This document shows, in pieces, positions 1 to 13,807 of a stretch of 64,000 nt of DNA. Numbering within the stretch: position 1 is the first letter of the stretch; each line of letters opens with the position of its first letter. Under the pieces are notes generated by a model that was not told the origin of the DNA, did not search any database, and saw only the letters and a list, made by a program, of their open reading frames with translations. Source of the stretch: Gnetum montanum (lineage: Eukaryota; Plantae; Gnetophyta). Where the stretch lies: positions 747,889 to 811,888 of the forward strand of contig MNCI01000542.1 in the NCBI GenBank assembly GCA_015680685.1. The letters run 5' to 3'. The translations under genes were made by a program, and so were the position numbers.

Positions 1-533
1 CGATTATGTTGTGATATTGAAGTCACTAAAGGGGGAACAAGTATAATGAAGGGCTATTTAGGAGCTAGGGAAGGTGGTACCCATATGAAAAATGGCTCTC
101 TAGGCTTTGTGCTTCGAGATTGTGGTGGTACTCTAATGACAATCAGTTCCTTAGGGGGATTAGACCATTTGGTTTTTGTGAATGAGGCCAAGGTATAGGA
201 GTTTCTATTAGCACTTGGAGAGCTAGGCTCATTCGCTATCAACTCTCTATGATTTATCATCTTCTAGAGGTCATCCTTTAATCCTAGGAAAAAATTGATG
301 TCATGATCAGCCATTTGATGATAATGGTAATAACTATCCAACCTGAAGTACCTTGGTAGCTTAGGATTATCTTTGGTGGCAATCATTGGATCTCTAGCTA
401 TGTCATAAAGAATATTGTACCTCTTACAAGCTTACTCATATAGTTTCTTTTGTTGTATATGGTTGTCTTTAAGAAACTTTTCTAGAAGCTTAGAGGGATT
501 CATAGGCAACCTAGTATACTGAGACCTATCCTT

Positions 534-1349
534 CTAGCCAAAGTTTAGTCTTGATTGATTTGGGGTGTAGATAGTGAAAGGTTGCAATGAGTCAAGGGAT
601 TTGTTGCGTGGTGGTGATCCCATCCTCTCTATTTGTTTTGGCTCTTTTGCTACTATATCCATAGTTGTATGTTCTTGTTTAGTCCTATTGCTATCCCTTC
701 TCACATGTTGGTTTTTGTAGGCTATGTAGGCCAGGTCATTGCTTGCTTCAATTACCTCCTTAATGTTATTGGTTTGTGAGAGGCTTAGTGACCAGGGCTC
801 TAAGTAGTACAACTTTGACTTGATAAAGTTATTTAAAGCTACCTTGTAGATGGCCAAGAGCTGAGTTTTAGTAATAGGCTTTGGGATTTCGTTAAGTGTT
901 GAGTTCCATCCTTGAATGAACCTTTTGACTAGTTCAAGTGGTCCCTGCCTCACTTTCATTAGTTGGTCCAATGTGGCATCTAGCTTCAAGTTGTATCTAA
1001 AGCAATTGATAAACTAGCTAACTAGGTCCTTAAGGAAAGAGATAGAACCTCTATGCAAGGTTCGATACCAATCAAGGGCCTTACCCTTAAGGGACATGGG
1101 AAAAATCCTCAATATCATATGAGGCCAAGCTTGTAGAAAGAGGTACGTAGACTGAAAGATTACTATATGTGCATTTGGATTCCATTCACCATTGTATTTG
1201 GTGAAGTTTGGGATAGGCAAGCCTATGGAAGAGATTACTTGAGGCATTGTAGGGCTTATAGGATCATCATGATAGAAATCTAGAACCTTGACCATATGAG
1301 TTGTGTTGACCTTGAATTTTTGCAACGTTTTGTTAAGGTCTTGGATCAT
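534..1349 (-). pseudogene. Retrotransposon gag (Retrotrans_gag-like), interrupted
   Basis: PNFTKYNGEWNPNAHI...LRIFPMSLKGKALDWYRTL...L.KVRQGPLE.VKRFI is the typical gypsy capsid pattern. In-frame stops are present. Confidence 0.8.
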
Positions 1350-2399
1350 TTGGAATGCTTAATCCAAGCCTTAGGGCACCTCCATGGGCTGTGGTGCTTG
1401 TGTTGATGGTTGAGGAAGAAGTTGTAAGAGTTGTGGTTGAGGGGCTTGTGACCTTGTGATAGGTTATGATATCAAAGGGAGAGGCTAGGTTATGGTGGTC
1501 ATAGGTGGGCTAAACAAGGAGAAAGGTGTTTGTATTAGAAATTGAGGCACAAAGAGGAAAAATGAGGTATCAAATGGTTGTGTTGCATGGGATCCCAATG
1601 AGGGTCCCACTAGTATGTTAAAAGGATATGGTAAGGTAAACATCACCATGGCTGGGTGAATGAAGTTAGGTTGTGTGGCAAAGGATACCGATGAGAACAA
1701 GGAAGTGGATTAGGACATGCGTTATGTCTGGTGTGTGGTGATGATGGGTGTGGATCCAAACATGGTAGAATGAATAGAGGGAGAGCTAGGTTGAGGGATT
1801 TGTTCCATAAATGAGGTAAGAAATGTGGAGTTGGGTGTGGTTGTCTAGGAAGCCAAAGATTGGAAAAGAATCCCAATGAAGGTATCCAACTCCAGTTCAA
1901 CCTCAAAATCCTCTTCCTCCTCTTAATGATCCTTTGAGCTAATTCCATCACTAAACTAATCAACCTCAATGAGTTGCATGAGAATTTTTGCGTAGAAGTT
2001 AGTGAGGGGGACTTGGTCATAGGGGGATGGGATGTATTCTTTTCCATCCTGACGTATAATTTCAAATTGATGCCTAGCATTAAATTTGGAGCATAGTATT
2101 AATAGACCAGCTTGCATTTTAGCATAGAGGAAGTTGTAGAATTCCTTATTAATAATTGTGAAATCTAGGCTCTTGCCCCTTTGCCTAAGTGATTGCCTTC
2201 ATTTGATGACCGTGGGGTCTTTCAAGTCATAAAAAAAATTGCATCTTGGCTAGATACCATGTTTGTTAACTTAAGAGGTAGTATGGTTGATTGGATGAAA
2301 CACATTATTACAATGCTGAAAATGGCTTGAAAAGGTTACAAAAGATGGAAAAAGTGCAAATTCTAGTAAGTGGAATTTAAAAATAGCTAAAAATATGTC

Positions 2400-2745
2400 A
2401 CTTAGTATAAATAGTAAGTGGCTGCTAAAGGGGGTATATCCCCTTATTAAAAAATGAAAAGAGGGGGTATCACACTCCATGCACTCCTAGATTCCTAGTT
2501 ATAGAAAAATGATAAAAATGGGCAAAGTGAATCACTTACTATAAATGATAAGTGAAGGATAAGGGGGGTATACCCCTTTACCAAAAATGAAAAGCTAGAA
2601 AAGGTAATACCAAGCCTCATCCACATTGGGCTTCCTAGCTGCACAAAAGGTCAAAAAATGATAAAAATAGCCAAAATGAATCACTCAATATAAATGGTAA
2701 GTAAGGGGTAATGGGGGTTATACCCCTTTACCAAAAACAAAAAGG
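2400..2745. repeat. Three degenerate tandem units (about 135-150 bp) in the retroelement leader
   Basis: Each unit contains CACTTA..TATAAAT..TAAGTG followed by AAGGGGG-TATA-CCCCTT (units begin near 2400, 2533 and 2682). Confidence 0.75.
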
Positions 2746-4175
2746 TGAAAAGGTTGTAACAAACTTCACCCATGTTGGCTTCCTAGCTACCTTCTACGTT
2801 GGGTGTGGCAAAGTGAAAGAAGGAGGTGAGATGGGAGGATCTCACATTTTCCTATTCCAATGTTGATAAAAGAGGGAAAAGTTTTGGTAAGTATTGTTTT
2901 AGTTGAAAAATCAAAGTCGAAACTTTGATTTTACAAAGGTGAGGTTATTTTTATGAGAATTAGTAACGTTGACCTTGCTGAGCAAAAATCCACAGTAGGG
3001 GGGTTTTGGATGATGTACGGGGATAACATCCTTCTTGGTTGAGGAGGGTAACACCCACTCATGCTGGCTTAAAAAATTTCCAACAATTGCTGTGAAATTT
3101 TTCCAAAACCCAAACACCCACGTTGGGATAGGGGAATATGACAAACACCCTAAAAAGATGAAATTTTTTAATTTTTTTTTCAAATGTTTTGATGGGATGC
3201 TAATGTTGGCCTTAAGATTCATAACAACTATTGTGAAAATCTTGAAAATCCAAACACCTACAACTTCCATGCTAGGCTTTGATTGTGAGGGGGATGGGTT
3301 GCAACATTGGGTTTTGAAGGTTTTACTGTCAAAATTGCATATTTTTGAAACAAAAGGTAATGTTGGCAATAGGGAAAACTGATTTAGACAAAGAAATTGG
3401 ATGGAGGCCCTTCTTCTAGTGTCATAAACCTGTAGTGACTAAAAAATTCAATCCTTGAAAAACCAAAAATCTCAACGCAACAACTTTAATCATAAATCCC
3501 TAGGGCCTTTGAAAAATTGAATTCATGATGCTTGGATGGTTTGGAAGATCACCTAGGTACTTAGTGGAAGACAAATGAAATAATAAAAATGCAAGTACGA
3601 TTGTAGATCTGAAAATGAAAATGTACTAAAAATAAAATAAAAAATCTAATTCATACACAAACTAAGATTGTAAACTTTGTTTCAGCAAAAATAAAGAGAG
3701 TTTAGAGATTGTGTACAAAATGTGCCTAGGGGTAGGGGGGTTCACTTTGGTGGGGGCTTAATCCATTACTCCACAATCCAATGCTCCACAACTCCCAATG
3801 CTTTTGAACCTTTGCTACTCCTTGCACAAAATCTACAAAAGGGGTGTTACAGGGGGGTGTAACAATGGATATGGGGATAAACAATGGCTATGGGGGTAAC
3901 AATTGTCCAAAAAGGGGGTTCCACGCTGGGGATTCAAAAGGCTTTGTGTGTGTTCAAAACTCTTAAATACAAAAATGCTTGCCAAAAATGCCAAAGTGAG
4001 TGAGTGCCAAAGGGGTGGACCCTATTTATGGTGTTTGGTGCTTGGTTATATATGGTTTTAAGGAAAAAATCTTGCTGAAAATTGGCTTGATTGTAGCTAC
4101 AAATTAGCTGCAAATTTTTGTTATGTTTCAAGTGGGTTAAGTGAAAAATTTTGGGAGGTTACCATATACAGTAAG

Positions 4176-5751
4176 TGTCATACCCCATGGCAATTTCATT
4201 TACTAAAAATAGTAATGGGGGGGATGACATCCACATTGGGAGGATGGCTTCTTTGCTAGGAGCAGATGTTCCACACTAAATGAGGGAGGAGGGGTGGGGG
4301 GGAGAGAGAGGGGGGACCCTTCATGTTGAAGGCAAGTCTTCCAAGCTGGAAAGATCTTCCATGCTAAGGGGGGAGAACCTTTCACACTGGAGTTAAGTCT
4401 TCTAGGCTAGGAAGGTCTTCCATGCTAAAGGGGTGGAGGGGTGGGGGAGAACCTTCCACACTAAAGGTAAGTCTTTCACACTAGGGGAAAGTCTTCTAGG
4501 ATAGGAAGATATTTGACATTGAAGAAGAGGGGGGGGTGAGGGGAAAGGTGAGGACCTTTCACACTAGAGGTAAATTTTCTAGGCTGGGAAGATTTCCACG
4601 TTGGTNCAAGCTGGGGGAGAAGTCTTTCATGTTGAGCATGAAGTTTCCTCATTGGGGAGAAAAAGTCTCCATGCTGAGGGGGATGGTTGTACCCCTCCCA
4701 TGTTCGGGGTAGGTGAGATCTACCCTCCTATAGGTGTTTCCAATGTAGAAAAGTGTATAATCCCCATAAAATCCATGAAATTACCATTTTTGGCATCCCA
4801 AAAGGCAATTTTGATTTCCCCCAACCCAAAATATAGATACTATATGACTTTTTTTTACTTGGGGGATGAGGCTTTGGCCACTTATGCAACATTTTTCAGC
4901 CCCAAAAGTATAAAGTATGTGAGATTGCACCTCATGGATTACAATCATCACATTTACAATGAAGTTTTGCCTTAGGTTTCATGGGATGGATTTAAAAGGT
5001 TACGACATGCAAATTTGGTGGTGTTTTAGGTGTGTTCATTCCTATGACTAGTATGTGTCATAGGTATGTTCATCCATATAGCTAGTCCTCCAAAAGGCTA
5101 GTAGTTGTGGGTTATAGGTTGATGGATCCTAGCATTGGTTGGGTAAATAAAATACCTATAGGAAAGTGATTAATTATGAGTACTTATGACAACGTTTCAC
5201 ATGCTACACTAAGTGCAGATATGCTAGTGACCACATGGGTTTTGTATATGATGGTATTAGTTTGTGAGTCATAGTGTTGATAATATATCTTATGATTGAT
5301 TTATGACTATGTGGCCCATGTGTTGTTTGATAGGGTGGAGTGGTTATGATGGCATGAGCATGATAGTGGAGATTCTTGTGGAGTGGTCCAATGAATATAT
5401 GATTGATTATGTCTAATAGTGATTATATTTGTAATTGTATGATAGCTATGTATTCTCTTTAGTAACAATTATGCTAGTGTTATGTGAGATATGGTATGTA
5501 CATGTGTTTCTTGAGCATGTGCAAGACTAATAGTTGATGTAGGTTTCTTTGTATCCCATTCCTCTCCTCTAATGTAGCATTTTTTAACCATCTAGTAGTA
5601 GAAGTGTAAAAGCTTCCCACTCAATTTTATGTCGAATTTGTTTAGTTACAAGTGGAAGCCGTAGGGATGCATGTGAGCACTACGAGAGAGAGAGTTTTAT
5701 GTTGAATTTGTTTAGTTACAAGTGGAAGCTGTAGGGATGCATGTGAGCACT

Positions 5752-5791
<40 letters not shown>

Positions 5792-6166
5792 GAGGGAACA
5801 AAATTCCAAGAATAGTTGATGTATATTTCTGTGTACAGTAGTATGGACTGTTCATGTTTGTATGACCCTCACTATACTCTTATGTATATGATGATGTTTA
5901 TGTTTTGTATCTTGTGAAAGTAATACCAAGTTTTAGTTTGTGTAGAGATATACATTTTTATAAATTAAAAAGTATGCTTAGTTTTTGGTTTGGCATGGAT
6001 TTTTGTGCAGTTTAATCTTTCTTAATATTATATATATTAAGTGGTTTATTCTTAATGTATTTTTATGCATCATTAGTTTACAGTTTATCATGCTTCCATT
6101 GTGTTATTACTAGCAATCCTGGGTATCACTTCATCCTAGCTAGGAGTGGTAGGGTAGAATGTTACA
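4176..6166. mobile_element. Probable solo LTR (gypsy) with G-rich internal repeats
   Basis: Starts TGTCATACCCC and ends GGGTAGAATGTTACA. Flanks GTAAG/GGAAC match at only 3 of 5 positions. Repeated TCTTCCA(G/T)GCT..GGGGAGAACC units at 4250-4700. Confidence 0.45.
5625..5786. repeat. 70-bp direct duplication ending in a (GA)n microsatellite
   Basis: 5625-5694 is repeated from 5695. The GA run extends to 5786. Confidence 0.9.
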
Positions 6167-7699
6167 GGAACTTAGTATGACATAATGTGATATCATTGGT
6201 AAGTGATTAGACTTGGTTTAAAACCCTAATGGACAGGATAATGATCATTTTAATCACATCATAAACATGGAATACACTATGAACATAACAAGGCACCTCA
6301 CATCCTTCTCCAATCCTTTCTAACTCCATTTCACCTCACTCACATGCTACAATTATAATTTTGATGGTCTTGTATTGCACAATGTAAGATTTTGACCATG
6401 ATGGTTATGTGTATTAGGATAAGGACATGAAGTACATTTAATTTCTAAGATGTCCAAACACACCTAGAGAAGTGGTTGTGCAAGGGCATTTGTTGGTAGG
6501 AGTCTACTTTGTAGAAGATCCACTAATGTAATTATTGAAGATCCTATATAAGAACCAATCCCAAACTCTCTAGAATATCATGAGTAACTTCTCTACTTTC
6601 ATGCATCATTGTGGGGTCTACATCTCATTAATTTTTTGTTGACTTTTAAATTAAATTTTCATTATTTCTTCTAATCTTCTTAATTTTGATCTAATTCAAG
6701 CTTTAAAAGATTTATTTTTTATCATTTCTAATACTTTGGATATGAGAAAGACTTAAATTTAAGCCTACTACCCCTCAAGAAGCTTCAAGACCTATCAAGC
6801 ATGACAAATTGGTGAAATTCTAGGATAAAAATAACCAAAAATATAAAATATATAGCTAGCGATAGTGCCCATAAGAAGCTCATATATACCTAGTGCCCCT
6901 TAACCAATTATTCATATTTCACTTTATTCACATGGGAAGTCATTTTAAGAGCCTACAACATTCCAAGAATTATCTCTTATGATCTAAGAGTAGGATTTCT
7001 TCCATTCAAAAATCCTTGAGCTCTTTATCATGGGGACAACTAGCATGCAAACTAAAAATTTTTCTAATATCTCATTTTTGAACAACTAAGGTAACTGACA
7101 CTTAAAAAATAAAAAATAATTGAAAAGATAAAAAATTAACTAATTAACATTTTAGTTACCTTAGGGCCTACAAATCAATATTTCATAATCAACTTACATT
7201 AAAATAGTCATATTTTTCAAAATTTGGTTAAATTAAAGGATTGAAAAGAGTTAAAATCATCATGAAAAATATTTTGCAACTAATAATTGATCTTTATGTG
7301 ATTAAAAATGACTCGTAAGTATGCTCTTGAGGTTAATAGATGCTCATAGCTAAGGTAGAAAAGGCCCTTAGATAAGCATGGAAGGGGTTGTGGATGTAAG
7401 TAAGAACAACTACAACAATCCCATGCCAATTGGGAAGGGCAAGAGGAATAGGAGGTGCAATAAATGCAATAGACCATACCACACACATAGGAGCCTATTT
7501 AGAAGGAAGCATTATTACCACTTGGTCTTGAAGTAAGGAAGCAAGTCATACTCTCTATGGAGTTTATAAAAGAAATTAGTAACAAGTCAATGATAGCTAG
7601 CATACTAGCCAAACTAAACTTAGGACATTTCTTAGAGTTTGCTCCATAGGAGATCCAATAGTAGTTACAAGCATCATCATTGTGACCCACATTATCTAC

Positions 7700-8500
7700 C
7701 AATGACAAATGGTTTCTAGGAGAAATATACTAGTTTGGCATAATCAACAAAAAGATGTCACCATAAAGATAGAGGAGATATTTTCTTATATGCTATCAAG
7801 GCAATTTCTACTATGTTGGAAAGTCCTAACATTAGACTAAAAACTATCCCAATCTCTAGTTGCTTAGATACAAAGATGAAGAATATGTGGTTGCAAAGAA
7901 CTTATAGTAATTAAAAGGAGTAAAAGTCCCTAACACTAATAGTAAAGATCTACATTAAAATAGGAACTTATTACATATTTCCCATGGAACTTATTACATT
8001 TTCCCCATGATGCGCTTGAATAGAATTTCAATTTATGTAACCTATGGACATACAATTCTTAGCGATAAGTATCTAGAAAACCTAGCTTATCTTATCTTTA
8101 TGAAAATTGAATAAAGGTTTTAGGAGAACCAATCATGTAAAAAGGCCCTACTATTCCCTTGTCCCATTTGAAGATTATAAAAATGAGTGGGAATTGCTAT
8201 GATATACAAATGACACCATAAGATGAACACAAAATGCCTTCTATTCGAAAATGATCAAGCCACTAACTAGAAAAAGACTAGTTGGAGACATCTTCAAACA
8301 TTAAAGTTGTAACAAGAGGCATCTCCATAACTACTACATAGTTCACACTAGTAGCTATCATTCTACTAATAGGAACCACATGTGAACATGTGCACGGAAT
8401 AACACAACATAAACTAGTATACCAAGCACTAGTGGACAAGCTTTTGTGGGTGATTTTGATCTATATTGTCTTACTATGAGTCACTTGTAGAAGATATCTT
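7700..8500 (+). pseudogene. Highly decayed gypsy gag-pol remnant
   Basis: Zinc-knuckle-like remnant near 7800-7850 and RT-like IQMTP*DEHK(M)P remnant near 8200-8240. Confidence 0.3.
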
Positions 8501-9749
8501 AGACTATGGCCTAGCAACAAGAGGATATTATTGACTTGTTAATTATTATTTGAGAAAGCTTTGTTATCCAAATGAATACCATGATAGGGATGTAGTAGTC
8601 ACCCTACCANTAAATGAATACCATGATAGGGATGTAGTAGTCACCCTACCAAAAGAATATCTAGATATATCCAACAATGTTGCATCCTTTCTAGTTATAT
8701 TGGAATTCGGTGATTATGTAATTATTATGGTCTTGCACCACAAATATTAGGAAGTTGCTATAGAGATCATTGTCAATTATGTGTGGGAAACTCTCAAAGT
8801 TCCTACAGTACTAAAACCTGATATTGTTGTCATAAAAGAGATTGAAGTGTCCAAAGGGGTTGGTATAAGAAGAGACAGAAGTATAATGGTAAAGAAACAT
8901 GAAAGCATACTCAACAGACTACTACATACTAAGCAAATGATTTTGAATGTCTTTGAAATTTCTTAAGATGTCACAAGTCTGCAATCCAAGTTGATTACAA
9001 CAAGGAGGAAGCTAATGCTATTTGAAGCTTAGCTAAAATATGCTGAGTTAAAAATTTAGATATTGCAAGATGAAATCATTCAAATCTATGCCCAACTAAA
9101 TGACCCTGCACAACTTATTGCTCTAGAGTTTCTTAGTTAGATTCATGATGATGAGAGTAATTGTTTAATAATCAAGTAGTGACAATTGAAGATGGAAAGG
9201 AAGAAAGTAATATGGGGTGCATGTATGGCTGATGCAACAATGTATATTTAATATTTTTTGGTTCAATGTAAGAGCATTTCAGGTTTTGCCCTTTCAAAAA
9301 AAATTCAAAAAACCTTTAGCTACAGTTTCTTTTGACCTATGCTTCACAAGTTTCTAATACATGGAGACTTTGAGATGTGGAAATGAGGATTTGAAATGCA
9401 AATGAGACAAGGCTAGATTTGGAAACATGGGAGAACACATCAAAGACACATGATATTATATATATATATATGTCTCATTGGTCAACATATATAAGTATAG
9501 ACATATATATGTGGGTCCATTATTGATTATAGGTTATTGATATACATGGACCACTAAATACATAAAAGGGTGAAATTTCTTGTTATATTTAACATATATT
9601 TATAAAGCAATGCTCACTTAGAATATAGACCTTGTAGTTTGCCAAATTTCAAGTCAATTAGAAAAGCTATGCATCAAGCTATTCTCTTTGGTTTAACTTC
9701 TAACACTATATAATATGATGGGGGGGGGGGGGGGGGGGGGNTGCTCAAA

Positions 9750-12700
9750 ATTATGATGAGACACTCTGATGTAGTAGATCGAGATGGGGAAGAGTGCACG
9801 AATTGGTGTATCTGCTCCAAGGCTGCAAACAATAAAACAACTTATTAGTATCCAACTTTAACTTAGAAGTGTGAGATATAATTTGGAAATGCACAAGGCA
9901 AAGAATTTGAAATTTTTCCATAATAGTTAAATGGTTAGAGTTAGACGAATTAGTGTTCTGGAAAAGAGTAGTGCATCTACGCTTCCATATATAGTAAAGA
10001 ACGAGGGGCCTAATAACTTCCCAAAAAAACTGAAGGTCAGCAGAGGGGGTGGCTAGAAAGCTGAACAAGATATCCTCATGGGAAAACTTGCATAAAGGAA
10101 AAACTATAGAAACCCACTCCCATGAAGACTAAGCGAAAGGGCAATGCCAAAAAACGTGGACAAAATCATCAGGACCTGCACAAAGAGGGCAATTAGAGTT
10201 TGAAATCCCAAGGTATTCACGACGTTTGCCAATAGGTAGGCCTTGATGAAGGAGGCACCAAAGAAATTTTTTAATTTTTGGAAGAGTCGGAAGGCTCCAA
10301 ACTTGTGAGAAGATGGAGAGCCAAAACTGTTCAGACTATTCTTTATGCCATGATCTATTGCAACAATTAACAATCATGGAGGAATCATGCAACAACTGAA
10401 AGGACACATGTGATTTATAGGGTAGAAGGTTCGATCCATTAATCCACTGAAGATCATGGAAGAGACTAGGAATTGAAGCATCCAAATGCAAGTACTGATG
10501 AATCAAGTGATAAACTTTGTCAAGGCATTGGTGCATAGTTCTGGAAGCCTCATATAAGTTTTCCAACATATCCCAAGTAATCCACTGATTGGTGAGATGA
10601 AGACATCGAAGGGAAACAACTCCCTTTTTAAACTAAATGGTGGCTGTCCTGGCATTTGAGGTGGCTAGAGGAGCAGGCGATAGGGGCAACCACCAAGGGA
10701 AAATCTTAGAAAGGAGAGTAGGATTGATATGAACATTATTCTAATTCACATGAAAATGTAAGACCTACCAAGCCTTCCAAATTCTTTTGAAAACATGTGT
10801 TCCAGGAATGATAATGTCATGAGGAGAAAGGATCCAATTAATAGGGTAGATACCCTTCCAAATGGACTTATTCTTAGGGAATGCTTGTCAAAGCCTTAAC
10901 TGAAGAAGATTTCCAATAATATTAGGGGCATCCAGGTGCTGAACCAACCACTTAGCAACAAGGGTGAGACCTTGCTTAAAGGAGTTCAAAAGGCCCAATC
11001 CACCTTTGTTCTTAGGAAGAGTTACTATATTCCAGACAACACAATGAAAGCCTTTTTGGGAGTCTTTAGACGACCGCATGAAGTATCGAAATAATCGTTC
11101 AAGCTTTTGATAAGAAGCATGGGAAGGGACCCAACATGACGAATAATAAACATGGGTAGAGGCACAAATAGACTTACAGATGAGAGACTTACTGGCGAGG
11201 GTGAGGGGTTTGGTTTTCCATTTTTTGATTTTCCTTTGAATTTGAGAAAGTACTTGGTCCCAGAGCTCTGAAGTTTAGCCTCTAAAGCGAAAAGGGATTC
11301 CCAAAAGCTTAATGATTTCATGATCTTAAGTATGCTTCCAACTATAATTGGGCAAATGGCTGTAGTTATTGGTGGAGCTATAAACTGAATATTTACGCCA
11401 ATTTATAATAGATCCAAAGAGGGAGCAATATTGCTCTACTTGAGACAAGAGACACTGCACATTAACAACATTGTTTTAAAAAAGGAAAAAAGAGTCATCA
11501 GCGAAATACATATTGAGGAGTTGATGTTGAGGAGAAGATGGATGAACCCCAGATAAAACATTGTTTTGAATATCCAAGTTGATTTGATGATAGAGAAAAT
11601 TAGCAGCAATGATGAAGAGGTAAGGAGCAAGAGGGTAGCTTTGCCTAACAGACCTATAAATAGAAAAGGGATAAGTGATGCCTGAAGGTAGTCGCAATTC
11701 GCGCAGTAGCATATGAGAATAAGCATTCTACCATATGAATGAACCTAGGGCCAAAACCCAATTTAGTCATGGTTTGGATAATGAAGTCCCACTTAATGTT
11801 ATCATAGGCTTTAGCATAGTCAAGCTTCATCAGGAGGATATCCTGACCCTCGTTCGTAGCCCACTTAAGACCTTCCCAAGTAGCCACCATGTTATTTAAT
11901 ATGTATCTTCCTGGGACAAAGCCAGTCTGCTGGGGGGAAATAATAAGAGCAAGGATTTTCTTTAATTGCAAAGCCAAACATTTAGCCCAAATTTTGTAAA
12001 CCACATTAAGTAAGGTGATAGATCGCTAATTGGAGATACAAGTAGGATCTCCCGATTTAGGGAGAAGACAAATAATCCCTTGGTTTAAGATTGGTCCCAA
12101 AGAGCCAGTAAGCGTAGCCTCTTTGATAACATGGAAGAGGTCAGAACCAACCAGATCCCAATGCTTTTGGAAAAATTCAACTGGAAAACCATCATAACCA
12201 AGGGCTTTCTCGGGGCTTAGGTTAAAGCAAGCCTGTCGAAGCTCAACTGGAGTAATATCGGCTTCTAAAATTGTCAGCATAGAAGAATTAACCAGTTTAG
12301 GATAATTTAGAGTGGCTGCCGCGAAGGATGCGGGATCCATAGGAGTAGTGGTGAATAAGGCCTCAAAGTGTTCCTTAAGATAAGAGAGAAGACTATTTTG
12401 ATCAGTGATAATGGATCCATTTATGGAGAGTTTATCTAAAGAGGGCGAAGGGGAGGACCGGTTAAGGTACTTAAAGAATTCCTTACAGTGCTCATCTTGA
12501 ATGTTTAGCCAAGTGAGTCGGCTTTTAATCAAGGCACCTTGTGCCTTATATACTTCCCAATGTTGAAAGGCAATACAGGCTTTGGCAAGCTTCCCTTGTA
12601 GGTGACTATTGAAGGGATCATCAGTTAGTTTGGTTGTAAGGTGCTCAATGGTAGAGCATATGTTGTTGTACTCTTGCCGAGAATGAGAGGCAACTTCCTT

Positions 12701-13155
12701 ACCATAATGGTGGGCGAGATTCCTAACTCTACTAGTTGTCTGAAGCCACCAGTGGATCCAACCCATTGGACCTAAGGGTCTAGGTTCAGTGTTCCAAAGG
12801 CTAGAAAGAAGTTGTTGGGCGGGAGGAGAAGAGAAACATTGACTATGAAGCCTAAAGAGATGATAATTCCGTTGTTGGTGGTCATTATGGATCTGCATAG
12901 ATAAAGTAATGGGGAAATGATCAGATAAGGTTGCGTGTTGGTGGACTTTAGTAGTAGAAAGGGTTTGCCAAAAAGAAAGAGGAAAAATAATATCTATCTA
13001 ACCGACTATAAATGCGAGCCTGCCCCTTACAAAGATTGTTCCAAGTGAAGCTGTTTAGAGAGCCACTAGCAATGTCTGCGATGCCGTCCGAAAGATAGAA
13101 ACGTTTCTTAAAATTTGACTAGGCTTGATATTCGTGATGAGGAAGTTGAGAGAAA
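9750..13155 (-). mobile_element. L1-clade LINE, 5'-truncated ORF2 (endonuclease end, RT, C-terminal Cys/His region)
   Basis: Motifs include LSDHFPI, KALGYDGFPVEFFQKHWDLVG, QQTGFVPGRYI, KLDYAKAYDNIKWDF, SVRQSYPLAPYLF, YFADDS, WNIVTLPKNKGGLG and YIWKRRC. Several stops and frameshifts. Confidence 0.92.
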
Positions 13156-13807
13156 ACACTATATAATATGATAGACAAGATATAATTTATATTATTACAT
13201 ATTTTTTATATACAATATAATATATATAATTTTATCATTTAAGTAATTGTTTATTCCTACCGGTTCATGTAAAATACTTGATGAAATTTATTACTTTAAT
13301 AACACATTTTAAACTGTGTAAAGCTATACCGGGTTTAACGGTTGAATAATGCTATGACCGGGTACCCATCAAAGATGTCGCTTCAGAGACATTTTTTTAT
13401 TATTTCAAGTATAGTCTCACATAGTGTCTACTGAAGACTACAATTTGATGTACATTTTAAATGTTGGATTTAATCGAATCGGTGCAGGACACATTTAATC
13501 CAGTTGGCCACCCCACTGCAAGTCCTTAGAGTTATCAGGACTCGATAATTTTTAAAATTTTAATCTTTCTTCGCGTTTTGAAACGCGTTTGAGAATACCA
13601 AACGTTTAGACGCGAATCAGCGAGGCATAGCTTTTGACACGTCACTGGACTAATCAAACAAAATTCAAAGGTTCTTTCGTTCGAAAACTTTTGTTGCAGT
13701 CTTTTTTGACACGTCACTGCACTAATTGTTGTTTGTTGGGTTACTTTCAACTTTCAAGGTAATTTTGTTTGCAAGTGATAATATCAACGAATATGTCGAC
13801 GAATCAT

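Larger units (their letters stand above)
1..4170 (-). mobile_element. Degenerate Ty3/gypsy (Tat-like) LTR retrotransposon, 5' part: LTR, PBS, long 5' leader, gag
   Basis: Gag-like ORF pieces at 534-1349. LTR-like segment 3431-4170 is bounded by TG...CA and ends in CACTACA on the minus strand, the same terminus as the LTR ending at 31680. PBS-like TGACACTAGAAGAAGGG at 3408-3424 (minus). Confidence 0.7.

Noticed and set aside
8570-8651. Exact 40-bp direct repeat
   Set aside because: The copies are identical and separated by an N, so this is a contig-overlap artefact.
9720-9741. Poly-G run at the LINE 3' end
   Set aside because: It abuts an N and is likely a sequencing or scaffolding artefact, so the LINE tail and TSD cannot be called.
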